NCBI GenBank assembly: GCA_000182565.2
Contig: KQ257454.1
Length of the DNA stretch: 62,903 nt
Strand: one strand, 5' to 3'
Origin: Spizellomyces punctatus DAOM BR117
Taxonomy: Eukaryota
Of this stretch, positions 62,457 to 62,903 are shown one piece after another; the first letter of the stretch is position 1; each line of letters starts with the position of its first letter. A program made the translations under genes and the position numbers. Under the pieces are notes generated by a model, which saw nothing but the letters and a program-made list of their open reading frames with translations, had not been told where the DNA came from and did not search any database.

Positions 62457-62903
62457 ATGAAAAAGTTGATTCTCGACAGCAGCAGGGCTACAAATGGGGA
62501 CAAAAACCAGCCGAGATGGACTCTAGCAGAGCCCATAGCATGTGATAGGATTCGTTACAACTCCATCATCCTGCCTCTGTCATATGACATCGTTAACGCT
62601 AGAAACAATACTGTATCCTTTTATGACGCCGGGATGGGTAGCACCCCTAGGACTTTCACAATTCCTCCTGGAACATATAGCCCTGATGATTTGGTCGATG
62701 CCTTGAATACAGGATTCAATTCGACGGGGACTCAGTCATATACAGTTGATTATTCTCATGTAAATGGTCAAATCACCATAACCGGTTCCACAGGACCATT
62801 CAAGGTCCTCTATCCTCAGACCACGGCAAGTAAACTACTTGGATTGGTTCAGACGCAGCAATCTGACCCCGGAAAGTCGATAACCTTTTCGAATCCTATC
62901 GAT
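62457..62903 (+). CDS. Minor capsid (penton) protein, truncated by the window end
   Basis: MKKLILDSSR...IILPLSYDIVNARNNTVSF...FTIPPGTYSPDDLVDALN...KLLGL; open to the end; pattern typical of PLV/virophage pentons. Confidence 0.75.
   Translation, partial: MKKLILDSSRATNGDKNQPRWTLAEPIACDRIRYNSIILPLSYDIVNARNNTVSFYDAGMGSTPRTFTIPPGTYSPDDLVDALNTGFNSTGTQSYTVDYSHVNGQITITGSTGPFKVLYPQTTASKLLGLVQTQQSDPGKSITFSNPID

Larger units (their letters stand above)
51547..62903. mobile_element. Endogenous Polinton-like virus (integrase-encoding, double-jelly-roll lineage), left part; runs off the window
   Basis: Starts AGTAGT; abrupt change to intronless, AT-richer DNA; integrase, pPolB-helicase, MCP, packaging ATPase and penton genes. 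Confidence 0.92.

Noticed and set aside
51547-62903. Classical Neurospora-type RIP
   Set aside because: The identifiable changes are at CpG, not CpA/TpG, and no TAA/TAG premature stops were seen.

Overview
The window is gene-dense, intron-rich eukaryotic DNA from a fungus that is very likely zoosporic (chytrid-like): a class IV-type chitin synthase and fungal RSC/Hac1 genes occur together with the basal-body gene BBOF1. Bases 1-51.5 kb hold about 25 host genes, including VMA1, PDX1, chitin synthase, peptide deformylase, RIP1, IPP-2, CIA2, ASNSD1, RSC1/2-like, NBS1, HAC1, EMC2, Costars, BBOF1 and ZGRF1. From 51547 to the end of the window is an intronless, visibly AT-richer endogenous Polinton-like DNA virus that begins with AGTAGT. 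It encodes an rve integrase, a ~1465-codon replicase (putative terminal protein/OTU-like protease, pPolB-like polymerase, SF1 helicase, HNH), a small very basic protein, a double-jelly-roll-type major capsid protein, an A32-like packaging ATPase and a penton. Nearly all lesions I could identify in the provirus are CpG transitions (in-frame TGA stops and missense changes in catalytic motifs), which suggests host methylation. The HAC1 gene carries two perfect Ire1 hairpins defining a 17-nt unconventional intron. Family calls come from motif recognition by eye; no database searches were run. Exon limits were read manually and are approximate where stated.
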